This document shows, piece by piece, positions 39,870-50,314 of a stretch of DNA of 64,000 nt. The position numbers and the translations under genes are program-made. The notes beneath the pieces were generated by a model. It saw only the letters and a program-made list of their open reading frames with translations, did not search any database and was not told where the DNA came from. The stretch spans positions 5,514-69,513 of the forward strand of contig CAWJFP010000034.1 of assembly GCA_963842155.1 (NCBI GenBank). The letters run 5' to 3'. Positions within the stretch are counted from its first letter, which is position 1; every line of letters begins with the position of its first letter. Source of the DNA: an uncultured Pseudomonadota bacterium (GTDB lineage Bacteria; Pseudomonadota; Alphaproteobacteria; JACZXZ01).

Positions 39870-40032
39870 CGGGCGAGATCCTGGTGGCGCGTATTCGCCG
39901 CGCTGGGTCGCCGCTCGCGCAATTTGCCGATGCGGCAAAGCCGTGGGTCGTCACCGGCGGGCGTGCAGAACCTGGTCACGCCACGGCGGGACGGCCCGGA
40001 AACGCTGCATGAGACTTGATTTTTGTAACCTG

Positions 40033-40052
40033 ATACGTTATAGGTAACGTAT
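40033..40052. promoter_or_regulatory. Perfect palindrome ATACGTTA-tagg-TAACGTAT directly abutting the higB start (candidate HigA operator)
   Basis: Read directly. Confidence 0.4.
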
Positions 40053-40331
40053 ATGATTTTGAGGTTTCGCCATAAGGGACTGCAACGGTTGTTCGCTAGC
40101 GGCGACAGAAGTGGGGTGAGCCCTCGGCAGGCTACGCGGCTGAGCCACATGCTCGCTACGCTGGCCGCGAGCACGGAGCCAAGCGGCATGAATATGCCAG
40201 GATTCCGGCTCCATCCCCTCAAGGGTAATCGCAAAGGACAATGGGCCGTGTCGGTATCCGGGAATTGGCGGCTGGTGTTCGAATTTGACGGCGAGAATGC
40301 CACCAATGTTGACTTGATCGACTATCACTGA
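40053..40331 (+). CDS. higB: HigB toxin (RelE/ParE superfamily, 'killer protein')
   Basis: MILRFRHKGLQRLF...PGFRLHPLKGNRKGQWAVSVSGNWRLVFEFDGENATNVDLIDYH matches the canonical HigB. Confidence 0.75.
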   Translation: MILRFRHKGLQRLFASGDRSGVSPRQATRLSHMLATLAASTEPSGMNMPGFRLHPLKGNRKGQWAVSVSGNWRLVFEFDGENATNVDLIDYH

Positions 40332-40349
40332 CGAAAGGAGAGGCGAACC

Positions 40350-40646
40350 ATGAAGATGCACAATCCGCCGCACCCTGGGGCGATCATCCGGGAGGATTGC
40401 CTGGCTGCTCTGGGGTTGTCGGTCACCGACGCTGCCAAAGGGCTTGGCGTCACGCGAAAGGCACTATCCGAGCTGCTGAACGGCCATAGTGGCGTCTCGC
40501 CGGAGATGGCGATCCGGCTTGAAAAGGCCGGATGGAGCACGGCCGAGACGTGGCTGGGAATGCAATTGCAGCATGACCTGTGGCAGGCGCAGCGGAAAGC
40601 GAAAGGCATCAAGGTTTCACGGTTTAGACTGCCCACTGCGGCTTGA
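40350..40646 (+). CDS. higA: HigA antitoxin (XRE-type HTH)
   Basis: [65 protein letters not shown]. Confidence 0.75.
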   Translation: MKMHNPPHPGAIIREDCLAALGLSVTDAAKGLGVTRKALSELLNGHSGVSPEMAIRLEKAGWSTAETWLGMQLQHDLWQAQRKAKGIKVSRFRLPTAA

Positions 40647-40879
40647 GCCAGAGAGGGTTCAGTCGAATCCCCGTAAACCGGCAAGTGACGGGAGGTAAAA
40701 CCGGGGCGCTCATGGATACCCGCACCCAGCACCGCGACCGGGGACGAGCCGATGCGCGATATTGCCCCGCAATTACAGCGTTTCCCATAGTACGATTTCA
40801 AGGCTGACGGCATGAGCACCGGGTTGGTCGCCAGGCTGAATGCTCCGATGCGGTCATTTTTTCCTGACAGCAAGGTGCG

Positions 40880-41848
40880 ATGAACCCACACCCCCATATT
40901 CCCGCCGATATGCGGGCCGCAATCGATAAATTCTCCAATAGAGCTGATGGCATAGTTAACGCATTTGCTCGTGAGTTGGGAGAGCGACCTCCGCCGCCTA
41001 TCATCTATCACTATACAAATGATGCGGGATTAAGGGGAATTGTCGAGACGGGCAGACTTTGGTTCACCGATATTTTTAATCTCAACGATCCGACCGAATT
41101 GAAGCACGGCATCGGACCGGCCATAGAATTGTTAAACGCCGAATCCGACGATGCGCGGCCGGAGATCAAGCAATTTTGCAAGAACCTAGACGCGATTCTG
41201 CATGGCGGAAATGAGCAGACGGCCCATTATTTTATCTGCTCGTTCAGTAGCGCCGGGGATGATCTTGGACAATGGCGCGCTTACGCCGACAACGGGCGTG
41301 GCTATGCCATAGGCTTTGCAGCGGCCACGCTCGAACAGGCCTTTGCGATGGCGAGGCCAGGACCGGGCAATATGACCTTTCCCGTCAGTTATGGCGAAAA
41401 TGAACTGCGCGGTATGCACAGGAGCATTCTCGCGGAGGTCATGCCGCTGATATCAATGCCGCGCGGTAGACGGGACCTAGAAAGCAAAGCACTGAACGAC
41501 TATATGAGCGAATTGCTAGTCAGCTTATCCGTGCCGATTTTGCGGGCCGCATTATTTTTCAAACACAAGGCCTACAGCAACGAGCAGGAATATAGGTTTT
41601 TCCAATTGTTCGCGGCCGGACAGGAGATCCCGGATCTTAAATATCGGGGTCGGCCGTATTCGTTGACGCGGTATCGAGAATTTGATTGGCGTGCGGCAGC
41701 CCCAGAATCGCTGAAGCAAATTATCATTGGACCGGCCGCCGATAAAAAGCTCGCCTTCCAGTTCGCCAACGATTGCCTGCGCGCGTTTCACTCGACGCCG
41801 AGAATCGTCTCGATTAATCCGTCAACTATCCCCTACAGGGCACCGTGA
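40880..41848 (+). CDS. DUF2971-family protein
   Basis: 322 aa. IIYHYTNDAGLRGIVETGRLWFTDIFNLNDPTEL is the DUF2971 N-terminal signature. Clearly lower GC than the neighbours. Confidence 0.6.
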   Translation: MNPHPHIPADMRAAIDKFSNRADGIVNAFARELGERPPPPIIYHYTNDAGLRGIVETGRLWFTDIFNLNDPTELKHGIGPAIELLNAESDDARPEIKQFCKNLDAILHGGNEQTAHYFICSFSSAGDDLGQWRAYADNGRGYAIGFAAATLEQAFAMARPGPGNMTFPVSYGENELRGMHRSILAEVMPLISMPRGRRDLESKALNDYMSELLVSLSVPILRAALFFKHKAYSNEQEYRFFQLFAAGQEIPDLKYRGRPYSLTRYREFDWRAAAPESLKQIIIGPAADKKLAFQFANDCLRAFHSTPRIVSINPSTIPYRAP

Positions 41849-41934
41849 GGCTTGCCTGCTACGCCATTTCGAGCTTGTTCGATGGCCGGCACAAGGCCGG
41901 GCATGACGATTGATGGTCGTATCGATAATCCTGT

Positions 41935-41962
41935 TGGACGGAAGCGCCAAGAGCTTGGCGCG
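41935..41962. repeat. Right copy of the 28-bp direct repeat
   Basis: Identical to 39842-39869. Confidence 0.75.
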
Positions 41963-42006
41963 GCGGCGCCGAAGCCCTATATCGCAGGGACTGCAAGGGA
42001 GCGATC

Positions 42007-43804
42007 ATGGCCGACACGGGACGCAACGCTGCGGCGAGCAATCTGGGCCGCTTGCCCGAATGGGATCTGAGCGATCTTTATCCAGGGCCCGAATCGCCCG
42101 AGCTCAAGGCCGACCTCGAGCGCGCGGCCAAGGACGCGGCCACGTTCGCGAAACAATATCAGGGCCGGCTCGCCGCCCTCTCCGGCGCCGAGCTCGCCGA
42201 GGCCATCGCCCGCTATGAGCGCCTCTCCGAGACGCTCGGGCGCCTCTCGAGCTATGCCGAGCTGCGCCATGCCGCGGCGACGAGCGATCCCGTGATCTCG
42301 CGCCAGACCCAGGACATGCGCGAGCGGGTGACCGACATTTCGGCCGCGACGCTCTTCTTCACGCTCGAGCTCAACCGGCTCGAAGACGCGAAGCTCGAGC
42401 CGCTCTTCGCCGCGCCCGCGCTGGCGCGCTATCGCCCCTGGCTCAGGGATTTGCGCGCCTTCCGCCCGCACCAACTCTCCGACGAGGCCGAGCAGCTCTT
42501 GCATGACAAGTCGGTGGCCGGCCGCGCGTCCTGGGTGCGGCTCTTCGACGAGACCTTGGCCGATCTGCGCTATCCGATCGGGGGGAAGGAGCTCACCGGC
42601 TCCGAGGCGCTCAACCTGCTCTCGGACAAGGACCGCGCGTTGCGCCGCGACGCGGCGCAGTCGATCGCGAGCGTCCAGGCGCGCAATATCCGCCTCTTCG
42701 GCCTTATCACCAACACGCTCGCCAAGGACAAGGAGATCGAGGACCGCTGGCGCCATTTCCCGACGCCGATGGCCTCGCGCCATCTCGCCAATCATGTCGA
42801 GCCCGAGGTGGTGGAGGCGCTGGTGAGCGCGGTGAAAGCAGCCTATCCGCGCCTCTCGCACCGCTATTACCGCATCAAGGCGCGCTGGCTCGGGCTCGAG
42901 CGGTTGGAATATTACGACCGCAACGCGCCGCTGCCGGACGACGACGATCGCGAAATCCCCTGGGACGAGGCGCGGGCGACCGTGCTCGAGCGCCTATGGC
43001 GCCTTCGCGCCCGAGATGGCGGCGGAGGCCGGGCGCTTCTTCGAGCGGCCCTGGATCGACGCGCCGGTGCGGCCCGGCAAGGCCTCGGGCGCCTTCTCCC
43101 ATCCCACCGTGCCGAGCGCGCATCCCTATGTTTTGCTCAACTATCAGGGCAAGACGCGCGACGTGATGACGCTCGCCCACGAGCTGGGCCATGGCGTGCA
43201 CCAGCTCCTGGCCGGCCCGCAAGGCTATTTCCTCTCCGACACGCCGCTCACCCTTGCCGAGACGGCCAGCGTCTTCGGCGAGATGCTGACCTTCCAGGCC
43301 ATACTGCGCGCGGAGAAGGACCCGCGTCGGCGGCGCGCCATGCTCGCCTCCAAGGTCGAGGACATGATCAACACGGCGGTGCGCCAGATCGCCTTCTACG
43401 AGTTCGAGCGCCAAGTCCATCTGGAGCGCCGCAAGGGCGAGCTCACGGCGGAGCGCCTCGGCGAGATCTGGCTCGGCGTGCAAGGTGAGAGCCTGGGCGA
43501 CGGCATCCGCCTCGAGGACGAGTACAAGGTCTACTGGTCCTATATCCCGCATTTCATCCATTCGCCCTTCTATGTCTATGCCTATGCCTTCGGCGATTGC
43601 TTGGTGAACTCGCTCTACGCCGTCTATGAGCGGGCCGAGCCGGGTTTCCAGGCGAAATATCTCGACATGCTGCGGGCGGGCGGCACCTTGCACCACAAGG
43701 AGCTGTTGGCGCCCTTCGGCCTCGACGCCTCCGACCCCGCCTTCTGGGCGCGCGGGCTCGAACTCCTCGCGCGCTTCATCGACGAGCTCGAGGCGGGGTC
43801 CTAG
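42007..43804 (+). pseudogene. pepF: Oligoendopeptidase F (M3B family) with a single frameshift near 43010
   Basis: N-terminal ORF to about 43010, then ORF 43016-43804 with HELGHGVH (HExxH zinc motif) and the rest of the M3 fold. The two join with a 1-nt shift (ATVLERLW / YGAFAPEMAAEAGRFFERPWID). Confidence 0.7.
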
Positions 43805-45202
43805 GTGGCGCGCAAGGCCCCCGGGCAGCCACGCGCCGCGGTCGCGGCGGAGGCGCCGCGCGACGCCGAGCCGAGCACGCTCGGCGGGCGGGTCAGGCGC
43901 TATGCCCGCGTCGGGCGCGCGGTCGGCGGGCTCGCCGTGGAGCTCGCGGGCAAGCGCTATCTTGGGCTCAAGCTCGACCGCTCGCGCCATGCGGGCGAGC
44001 TCGCGGGCGCGCTCGGCGGGCTCAAAGGCCCGCTCATGAAGGTGGCCCAGCTCCTCTCCACCATCCCCGACGCGCTGCCGCGAGAATATGCGGCCGAGCT
44101 CGCAACCTTGCAGGCCAACGCGCCCGCCATGGGCTGGCCCTTCGTCAAGCGCCGCATGGCGGCCGAGCTGGGGCCCGACTGGCAGGCCAAGTTCGCGCGC
44201 TTCGAGCATGAGGCGGCCCGCGCCGCCTCGCTCGGCCAGGTCCATCGGGCGACGGCACGCGACGGCAGGCCGCTCGCCTGCAAGCTGCAATATCCCGACA
44301 TGGCCTCGACCGTGGCGGCCGACTTGCGCCAGCTCAAGCTCGTCTTTGCCATCTATGAGCGCTACGACAAGGCGATCTCGACGCGTCAGATCCATGCCGA
44401 GATCGCCGAGCGGCTGGGCGAGGAGCTCGACTATGCGCGCGAGGCCAAGCATATGCGCCTCTATGGCGACATGCTGGCGCGCGAGCCGGGCGTGCATGTG
44501 CCCGAGGTGGTGCCTCCGCTCTCGACCCGCCGGCTCCTCACCATGACCTGGCTCGAGGGCGCGCCCTTCCTCGAGGCAAAGTCCTGGCCGCTCGCGAAGC
44601 GCAACCGCATCGCCTTCAACATGTTCCGCGCCTGGTACGTGCCGTTCTACGACTACGGCGTCATCCATGGCGACCCCCATCTCGGCAACTACACGGTGCG
44701 GCCGGACGGCTCGGTCAATCTGCTCGATTTCGGCTGCATCCGCGTCTTCCCCACCAAGTTCGTGCGTGGCGTGATCGACCTCTATTGGGCCTTGCGCGAG
44801 GAGGACGAGGCGCGCGCCGTCCATGCCTATGAGAGTTGGGGCTTCACGAAGCTGAGCCGGCCGGTGATCGACACGCTCAATCTCTGGGCGCGCTTCGTCT
44901 ATGCGCCGCTGATGGAGGACCGCGAGCGGCGGATCGAGGAGACGAACTCGGGCAATTACGGCGCGCAGGTCGCCGAGAAGGTGCATGGCGAGCTGCGCCG
45001 GCTGGGCGGCGTCACGCCGCCGCGCGAGTTCGTGTTGATGGATCGCGCCGCCATCGGGCTCGGCTCGGTCTTCCTCCATCTTCAGGCCGCGATCAACTGG
45101 CATAGGCTTTTTCACGACCTGATCGACGGTTTCGACGAGAAGGCGCTGCAGCGCCGGCAGAAGGCGGCGCTCGAACGCGCCGGGCTGCCGGCACCGGCTT
45201 GA
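43805..45202 (+). CDS. ABC1/UbiB-family atypical kinase
   Basis: 465 aa. AASLGQVHRA...HGDPHLGNY...LLDFGCI are kinase-like motifs. Confidence 0.7.
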   Translation: MARKAPGQPRAAVAAEAPRDAEPSTLGGRVRRYARVGRAVGGLAVELAGKRYLGLKLDRSRHAGELAGALGGLKGPLMKVAQLLSTIPDALPREYAAELATLQANAPAMGWPFVKRRMAAELGPDWQAKFARFEHEAARAASLGQVHRATARDGRPLACKLQYPDMASTVAADLRQLKLVFAIYERYDKAISTRQIHAEIAERLGEELDYAREAKHMRLYGDMLAREPGVHVPEVVPPLSTRRLLTMTWLEGAPFLEAKSWPLAKRNRIAFNMFRAWYVPFYDYGVIHGDPHLGNYTVRPDGSVNLLDFGCIRVFPTKFVRGVIDLYWALREEDEARAVHAYESWGFTKLSRPVIDTLNLWARFVYAPLMEDRERRIEETNSGNYGAQVAEKVHGELRRLGGVTPPREFVLMDRAAIGLGSVFLHLQAAINWHRLFHDLIDGFDEKALQRRQKAALERAGLPAPA

Positions 45203-45230
45203 TGCGGAATTCCGACCCAAATGGCCGCGC

Positions 45231-45503
45231 ATGGCGCTAGACTTGGGTATGGAGCGGGAAGCCGTCGCGGCCAAAGTCTATGTCGTGAACGCCGAATGGG
45301 ACGACGAAGCCCAGGTCTGGGTCGCGACCAGCGACGACGTGCCCGGACTGGTAGCCGAAGCCGACACGCTAGAGGCGCTCGACCGTGAGATTCGGGCGCT
45401 CGTGCCCGAGCTGCTCGTCCTTAACGGGGCGATCAAGGAAGACCGCGCGACAGTGCCGGTCGAGCTCGTCGCCCGAAAGCGCGAGCATGTCGTTATCTCG
45501 TAA
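45231..45503 (+). CDS. DUF1902 (HicB-like fold) small protein. No HicA-like partner recognised nearby
   Basis: VYVVNAEWDDEAQVWVATSDDVPGLVAEADTLEAL. The overlapping antisense ORF 45369-45578 did not resemble HicA. Confidence 0.45.
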   Translation: MALDLGMEREAVAAKVYVVNAEWDDEAQVWVATSDDVPGLVAEADTLEALDREIRALVPELLVLNGAIKEDRATVPVELVARKREHVVIS

Positions 45504-45834
45504 GCTGTGAGCGGCTTTGCGGGTAATGTTCGGGATATATTGAAGGCTGCCGGTTGCGCAAAAAATCCGCGACGGCAAGGGGAGTCACGAAATTTGGCGA
45601 AGTCTCATAAGCGGACGGCATTTTCCCGTGCCCACGAAGATCAAATCGCGTCACACTGCTAACGAGATTCTAAAGCAGGCAGGCTTGCGCAAAAGATTTT
45701 AAATTTCTGAGGCGGTCGCCTATCTCCGTGATCGGCTCTTGACCGCCAACTAGCCCTTCACAAAGATCGCGGGAGCGGGCATTGTGGCGCCCGCTTCGAA
45801 CCGCGCGGCCGAGCGTCGAGGGGATCGTCCCGCC

Positions 45835-46974
45835 ATGAAGATCGCCATACCGAAGGAGCGCCGCGAGCATGAGCGGCGCGTCGCGGCCACGCCCGAGACG
45901 GTGCGCAAGTTCGCGGGTCTCGGACTGACCGTCGCCGTCGAGGCGGGCGCCGGCGCGGGCGCCTCGTTCGGTGACGAGGCCTACGCCGCTGCGGGGGCCG
46001 CGATCCTGGCCGACGAGGCGGCGCTGCTCGGCGATGCCGACATCGTCCTCAAGGTGCAGCGGCCCCTGACTGGGGCCGAGGGCGGGCCGGACGAGCTCGC
46101 CTTGCTGAAGCGCGGCGCCGTCCTTGTCGCTCAATTGGCGCCTTATCAGAGCCGCGAGCAGATCAAGGCCTACGCCGCTTCCGGCGTCTCCGCTTTCGCC
46201 ATGGAGCTGATGCCGCGCATCTCGCGCGCGCAATCGATGGACGTGCTCTCCTCGCAGGCGAATCTCGCGGGTTACAAGGCCGTGCTCGATGCGGCGGTCG
46301 AGTTCGGCAAGGCCTTTCCCATGATGATGACGGCGGCGGGCACCGTGGCACCCGCGCGCGTGCTCGTGCTCGGCGTGGGCGTCGCCGGGCTGCAAGCGAT
46401 CGCGACCGCGCGCCGGCTCGGCGCCATCGTCTCCGGCTATGACGTGCGTCCCGCCGTGAAGGAGCAGGTGCAGTCCCTCGGCGCCGCCTTCGTCGAGGTC
46501 GACGAGGCGGCGACCAAAGAGGCGGAGACGGCCGGCGGCTACGCCAAGGAGATGAGCGAGGAATACAAGCAGAAGCAGGCGCAGGTGTTGCGCGAGCATT
46601 TGAAGAAGCAGGACGTGGCAGTCGCCACCGCGCTTATCCCGGGCCGCCCGGCGCCCGTGCTGATCACCGAGGAGATGGTGAGGGAGATGAAGCCCGGCTC
46701 GGTGATCGTCGATCTCGCGGTCGAGGCCGGCGGCAACTGCCCGCTCTCCGAGCTCGGCAAGGTGGTGGTGAAGCATGGCGTCACCATCGTCGGCCACGCC
46801 AACTATCCGAGCCGGATCGCGGTCGACGCCAGCGCGCTCTATGCCCGCAATCTCTTCAACTTCCTTTCGCCCTTCGTCAAGGCGGGTGCCCTCGAGATCG
46901 CCTGGGACGACGAGCTGGTGAAGGGCACGCTGCTGACGCGCGACGGCGCCGTCGTCCATCCGAATTTCGTCTAG
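45835..46974 (+). CDS. pntAA: NAD(P) transhydrogenase alpha subunit, part 1
   Basis: MKIAIPKERREHERRVAATPETV, an Ala-dehydrogenase-like dI domain, VLVLGVGVAGLQA. Confidence 0.85.
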   Translation: MKIAIPKERREHERRVAATPETVRKFAGLGLTVAVEAGAGAGASFGDEAYAAAGAAILADEAALLGDADIVLKVQRPLTGAEGGPDELALLKRGAVLVAQLAPYQSREQIKAYAASGVSAFAMELMPRISRAQSMDVLSSQANLAGYKAVLDAAVEFGKAFPMMMTAAGTVAPARVLVLGVGVAGLQAIATARRLGAIVSGYDVRPAVKEQVQSLGAAFVEVDEAATKEAETAGGYAKEMSEEYKQKQAQVLREHLKKQDVAVATALIPGRPAPVLITEEMVREMKPGSVIVDLAVEAGGNCPLSELGKVVVKHGVTIVGHANYPSRIAVDASALYARNLFNFLSPFVKAGALEIAWDDELVKGTLLTRDGAVVHPNFV

Positions 46975-47001
46975 CGCGCAATCCTGCGCGAGGAGACTGC
47001 C

Positions 47002-47415
47002 ATGGATCCGACCACCCTCCAGGACAATGCTTCGGCGCTCGCCACCCATGCGGAGCGGCTGGCGGAGGAGGCCGCGAGGCTCGCCAACCAGACGACGCAG
47101 CTCGTCATGCAGCAGGCGCCCGCCGGGACCGCCCTCGATCCCGCGGTGGTCGGGCTCACCGTCTTCGTGCTGGCGGTCTTCGTGGGCTATTACGTGGTAT
47201 GGAAGGTGACGCCGGCGCTGCATTCGCCGCTGATGTCGGTCACCAACGCGATCTCCTCGGTCATCATCGTGGGCGCGCTGCTCGCCGCCGGCCCGGCCGG
47301 CTTCCATTTCTCCAAGATCATGGGCTTCGTCGCGGTGACCTTGGCCTCGGTCAACATCTTCGGCGGCTTCATCGTGACCCAGCGCATGCTGCAGATGTTC
47401 CGCAGGAAGAAATAG
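47002..47415 (+). CDS. pntAB: NAD(P) transhydrogenase alpha subunit, part 2 (membrane)
   Basis: 137 aa, 3-4 TM, ends ...[11 protein letters not shown]. Confidence 0.8.
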   Translation: MDPTTLQDNASALATHAERLAEEAARLANQTTQLVMQQAPAGTALDPAVVGLTVFVLAVFVGYYVVWKVTPALHSPLMSVTNAISSVIIVGALLAAGPAGFHFSKIMGFVAVTLASVNIFGGFIVTQRMLQMFRRKK

Positions 47416-47429
47416 GCGGGAGAGCGAAG

Positions 47430-48824
47430 ATGTCCGCCAACCTCGCCGCCATCCTCTATCTCGCCGCCTCGATCTGCTTCATCATGGCGCTGCGCGGGCT
47501 CGCCTCGCCCGACAGCGCGCGAGCGGGCAACCTTTTCGGCATCGTCGGCATGGTGATCGCGGTCGCCACCACCCTCGCCATGCCGGGGGTGGTGAGCTAT
47601 TGGCTGATCCTCGCGGGCGTGGCGATCGGCGGCGGCATCGGCACGGCCATCTCGCTGCGCATCCAGATGACCGCGCTGCCGCAGCTCGTCGCCGCCTTCC
47701 ATAGTCTCGTGGGTCTCGCCGCTGTCGCCGTCGCCACGGCCGCCTTCTACGATCCGCACGCCTTCGCCATCGCCGGCGAGCACGGCATCAAGCTCTCGAG
47801 CCTCATCGAGATGAGCATCGGCACCGCGATCGGCGCCGTCACCTTCACCGGCTCGGTCGTCGCTTTCGGCAAGCTGCAAGCGATCCTCTCGGGCAAGCCG
47901 CTCGTCTTCCCCGGCCAGCATCCGCTCAACGCAGCGCTGGGCATAGTCTTGGTGCTGCTCGTCGTCTGGTTCGCCGCCTCGGGGGCGCCGCTCGCCTTCT
48001 GGCTGATCGTGCTGCTCTCCCTGGCACTCGGCCTCTTGCTCATCCTGCCGATCGGTGGCGCCGACATGCCGGTCGTGATCTCGATGCTCAACTCCTATTC
48101 GGGCTGGGCGGCCTGCGGCATCGGCTTCACCCTCTCGAACAGCCTGCTCATCGTGACCGGGGCGCTGGTCGGCTCGTCGGGCGCCATCCTCAGCTACATC
48201 ATGTGCAAGGGGATGAACCGCTCGATCTTCAACGTGATCCTGGGCGGCTTCGGCGGCGAGACCACGGCCGCGGCCGGGGCCACGGGCGACCGCAGCGTCA
48301 AGCAGGGCTCGGCCGACGACGCGGCCTTCATCCTCAAGAACGCGGGCTCGGTCATCATCGTGCCGGGCTACGGCATGGCGGTGGCGCAAGCGCAGCATGC
48401 GCTGCGCGAGATGGCGGACCAGCTCAAGAAGGCAGGCATCAAGGTGCGTTACGCCATCCATCCGGTGGCGGGGCGCATGCCGGGCCATATGAACGTGCTG
48501 CTCGCCGAGGCCAACGTGCCTTATGACGAGGTGCTCGAGCTCGAGGAGATCAACCGCGATTTCTCCACGACCGACGTGGCCTTCGTGATCGGCGCCAACG
48601 ACGTGACCAATCCCGCCGCCAAGAACGACCCCTCGAGCCCGATCTACGGCATGCCGGTGCTCGACGTGGAGAACGCGCGCACGGTGCTCTTCGTCAAGCG
48701 CTCGCTCGCCTCGGGTTATGCCGGCATCGACAACACCCTGTTCTACCGCGACAACACGATGATGCTGTTCGGCGACGCCAAGAAGATGTGCGAGGACATC
48801 GTCAAGGCGCTCGAGCATTCGTGA
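47430..48824 (+). CDS. pntB: NAD(P) transhydrogenase beta subunit
   Basis: 465 aa. Membrane domain plus dIII NADP-binding region (GYGMAVAQAQ...VAFVIGANDV). Confidence 0.85.
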   Translation: MSANLAAILYLAASICFIMALRGLASPDSARAGNLFGIVGMVIAVATTLAMPGVVSYWLILAGVAIGGGIGTAISLRIQMTALPQLVAAFHSLVGLAAVAVATAAFYDPHAFAIAGEHGIKLSSLIEMSIGTAIGAVTFTGSVVAFGKLQAILSGKPLVFPGQHPLNAALGIVLVLLVVWFAASGAPLAFWLIVLLSLALGLLLILPIGGADMPVVISMLNSYSGWAACGIGFTLSNSLLIVTGALVGSSGAILSYIMCKGMNRSIFNVILGGFGGETTAAAGATGDRSVKQGSADDAAFILKNAGSVIIVPGYGMAVAQAQHALREMADQLKKAGIKVRYAIHPVAGRMPGHMNVLLAEANVPYDEVLELEEINRDFSTTDVAFVIGANDVTNPAAKNDPSSPIYGMPVLDVENARTVLFVKRSLASGYAGIDNTLFYRDNTMMLFGDAKKMCEDIVKALEHS

Positions 48825-48841
48825 GAGGCTCGTTCAGGCAT

Positions 48842-48900
48842 CGTCATGGTTCGAGACGCGCTGCATAAGGGCGCGCTCCTCACCATGATGACGTTTTGTT
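48842..48900 (+). terminator. Candidate intrinsic terminator after pntB: CGTCATGG...CCATGATGACG stem (with an inner GC-rich sub-hairpin) followed by TTTTGTTT
   Basis: Read directly, 18 nt after the pntB stop. Confidence 0.4.
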
Positions 48901-48983
48901 TCAACGGGCTGTCTCACCCTGGAGGGCGCGGCGCAGCCGCCGTCTCGAAGGGTGAAGGCGACATCGTCGTTTGACTGCGGACG

Positions 48984-49650
48984 CTACCGCATGCGTCCGC
49001 GGAAAGCGCGCAAGGGCGAGGGGAATTTCTCCAGCGCCGAGGTTACCCTGCCCAAAAGCTTCGGCACGCGCATCACCTCGTCGAGGCGGCGGGCGAGGAA
49101 GCCCCAGGTCTCGGTATTTTCCGGCGACTGGTCGTTGAGCCAGTAGACGAGCGTCGCGCTATAGACGCCGGCGAGCAGCCCGCGCTTGGTATAGAAATTG
49201 AAGTCGGTCGCCTCGTCGCCCGCCGCGTACCAGATGGCGTCGACCGTGCGCCACAGCATGCGCGCGCCGAGCGGCAGGTTCTGCGGCAAAGCGAGAATGG
49301 GAAGCGAGCGCTGGATCGCCTCGCGGTAGGGCGCGCTGAGCTCGAGCCGCAGGCGGACGGCGAGCGCCACCCGCTCGCGGATCTTCAACGCTTTGAGATC
49401 CTGCTTCTCGAGCGCCGCCAGCATGTCGCGGTCGGCCCGCGCGGCAGCCGCCTCGATCACCTCGGTCGCGCCGCCGGGAAAGGCGTCGAGCGCCAGGGCC
49501 GGCTCGCAGCCCGCCGCGCGCGCGCCCTCCATCAGGCTCTTCTCGGTCCAGCCGTCGAACGGCACCTGGCGCAGGGTCTCCTCGAGGATGCGCCCGCGCA
49601 TGGCCGCGAAATCGGCGTTTCCGCTCGTTTGACTTGCTCGCTTGCTCAAA
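48984..49650 (-). CDS. COQ9-family (TetR-like fold) protein, start codon uncertain
   Basis: MRGRILEETLRQVPFDGWTEKSLMEGARAAGCEP...LAFPGG...IRERVALAVRLRLE matches the COQ9/PF08511 pattern. Confidence 0.45.
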
Positions 49651-50194
49651 GGGCCTCCTCCGCCAAGGGCGGGGCGAAGCGCCGCATCTCCTCGACGAAG
49701 CCGAAGCGGCGCAGATCCTCGATACGCATCGGATAGAGCATGCCGTCGAGATGGTCGCATTCATGCTGCACGACGCGGGCATGGAAGCCGGCGGCGACCC
49801 GCTCGATCGGCTTGCCGTCGAGCCCGAGCCCGCGGTAGCGGACGCGGGTCCAACGCGGCACGGCGCCCATCATGCCGGGGATCGAGAGGCAACCCTCCCA
49901 GCCGAGCGCGCGCTCATCGCCGAGCGGCTCGATCTCAGGGTTGACCAGCGCGGTCAAGGGCTGCGGCTCGTCGCCCTCGCCGCCGCCGGCCCGCTCCTGC
50001 GAGACCTTGAAGACCACGACGCGCAGCGGCACATGGACCTGCGGCGCCGCCAGCCCGGTGCCGGGAGCGTCATCCATGGTCTCGATCATGTCGCGCACCA
50101 GCTCATGGATTTCGGGCGCGGTCGGGTCGGCGACGGGATGAGCGGGCAGGCGGAGGACGGCATGGCCCATGCGGGCAATCTTGAGAATGGCCAT
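49646..50194 (-). CDS. def: Peptide deformylase
   Basis: [15 protein letters not shown]...GLAAPQV...EGCLSIPG...QHECDHLDG are the three PDF motifs. Confidence 0.8.
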   Translation of the reverse strand: MAILKIARMGHAVLRLPAHPVADPTAPEIHELVRDMIETMDDAPGTGLAAPQVHVPLRVVVFKVSQERAGGGEGDEPQPLTALVNPEIEPLGDERALGWEGCLSIPGMMGAVPRWTRVRYRGLGLDGKPIERVAAGFHARVVQHECDHLDGMLYPMRIEDLRRFGFVEEMRRFAPPLAEEAL

Positions 50195-50314
50195 GGGCCC
50201 ACTATGCGTCGCCGCCCAGGCGCGGTAAAGGCCCGAACCATAAGGCTTCACAGCCCGCGGCGACTATGCTAGAACCCGCCCTCCAGCTCCGTGAAATTCA
50301 ATCGTCTTTGCGGG

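Larger units (their letters stand above)
39870..41962 (+). mobile_element. ~2.1-kb lower-GC cassette bounded by the 28-bp direct repeats, carrying higB-higA and a DUF2971 gene. No recombinase inside
   Basis: The DUF2971 segment is visibly ~50% GC against ~68% flanks. Exact direct repeats at both ends. Cargo is typical of TA/defence islets. Confidence 0.45.

Noticed and set aside
38159-40012. 617-aa plus-strand ORF opposite fadD
   Set aside because: Antisense artefact. fadD on the minus strand carries all AMP-binding motifs
39842-41962. Interpreting the 28-bp direct repeats as a transposon target-site duplication
   Set aside because: 28 bp is far longer than typical TSDs and there is no transposase or inverted terminal repeat. 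A duplicated REP-like or att-like site is more plausible
42875-45274. 799-aa minus-strand ORF opposite pepF and the UbiB-like kinase
   Set aside because: Antisense artefact
48970-48993. Perfect hairpin GCGGACGC-N8-GCGTCCGC at the COQ9-like stop, considered as a terminator
   Set aside because: No U-tract on either strand after the stem. The T-rich hairpin at 48842-48900 is the better pntB terminator candidate
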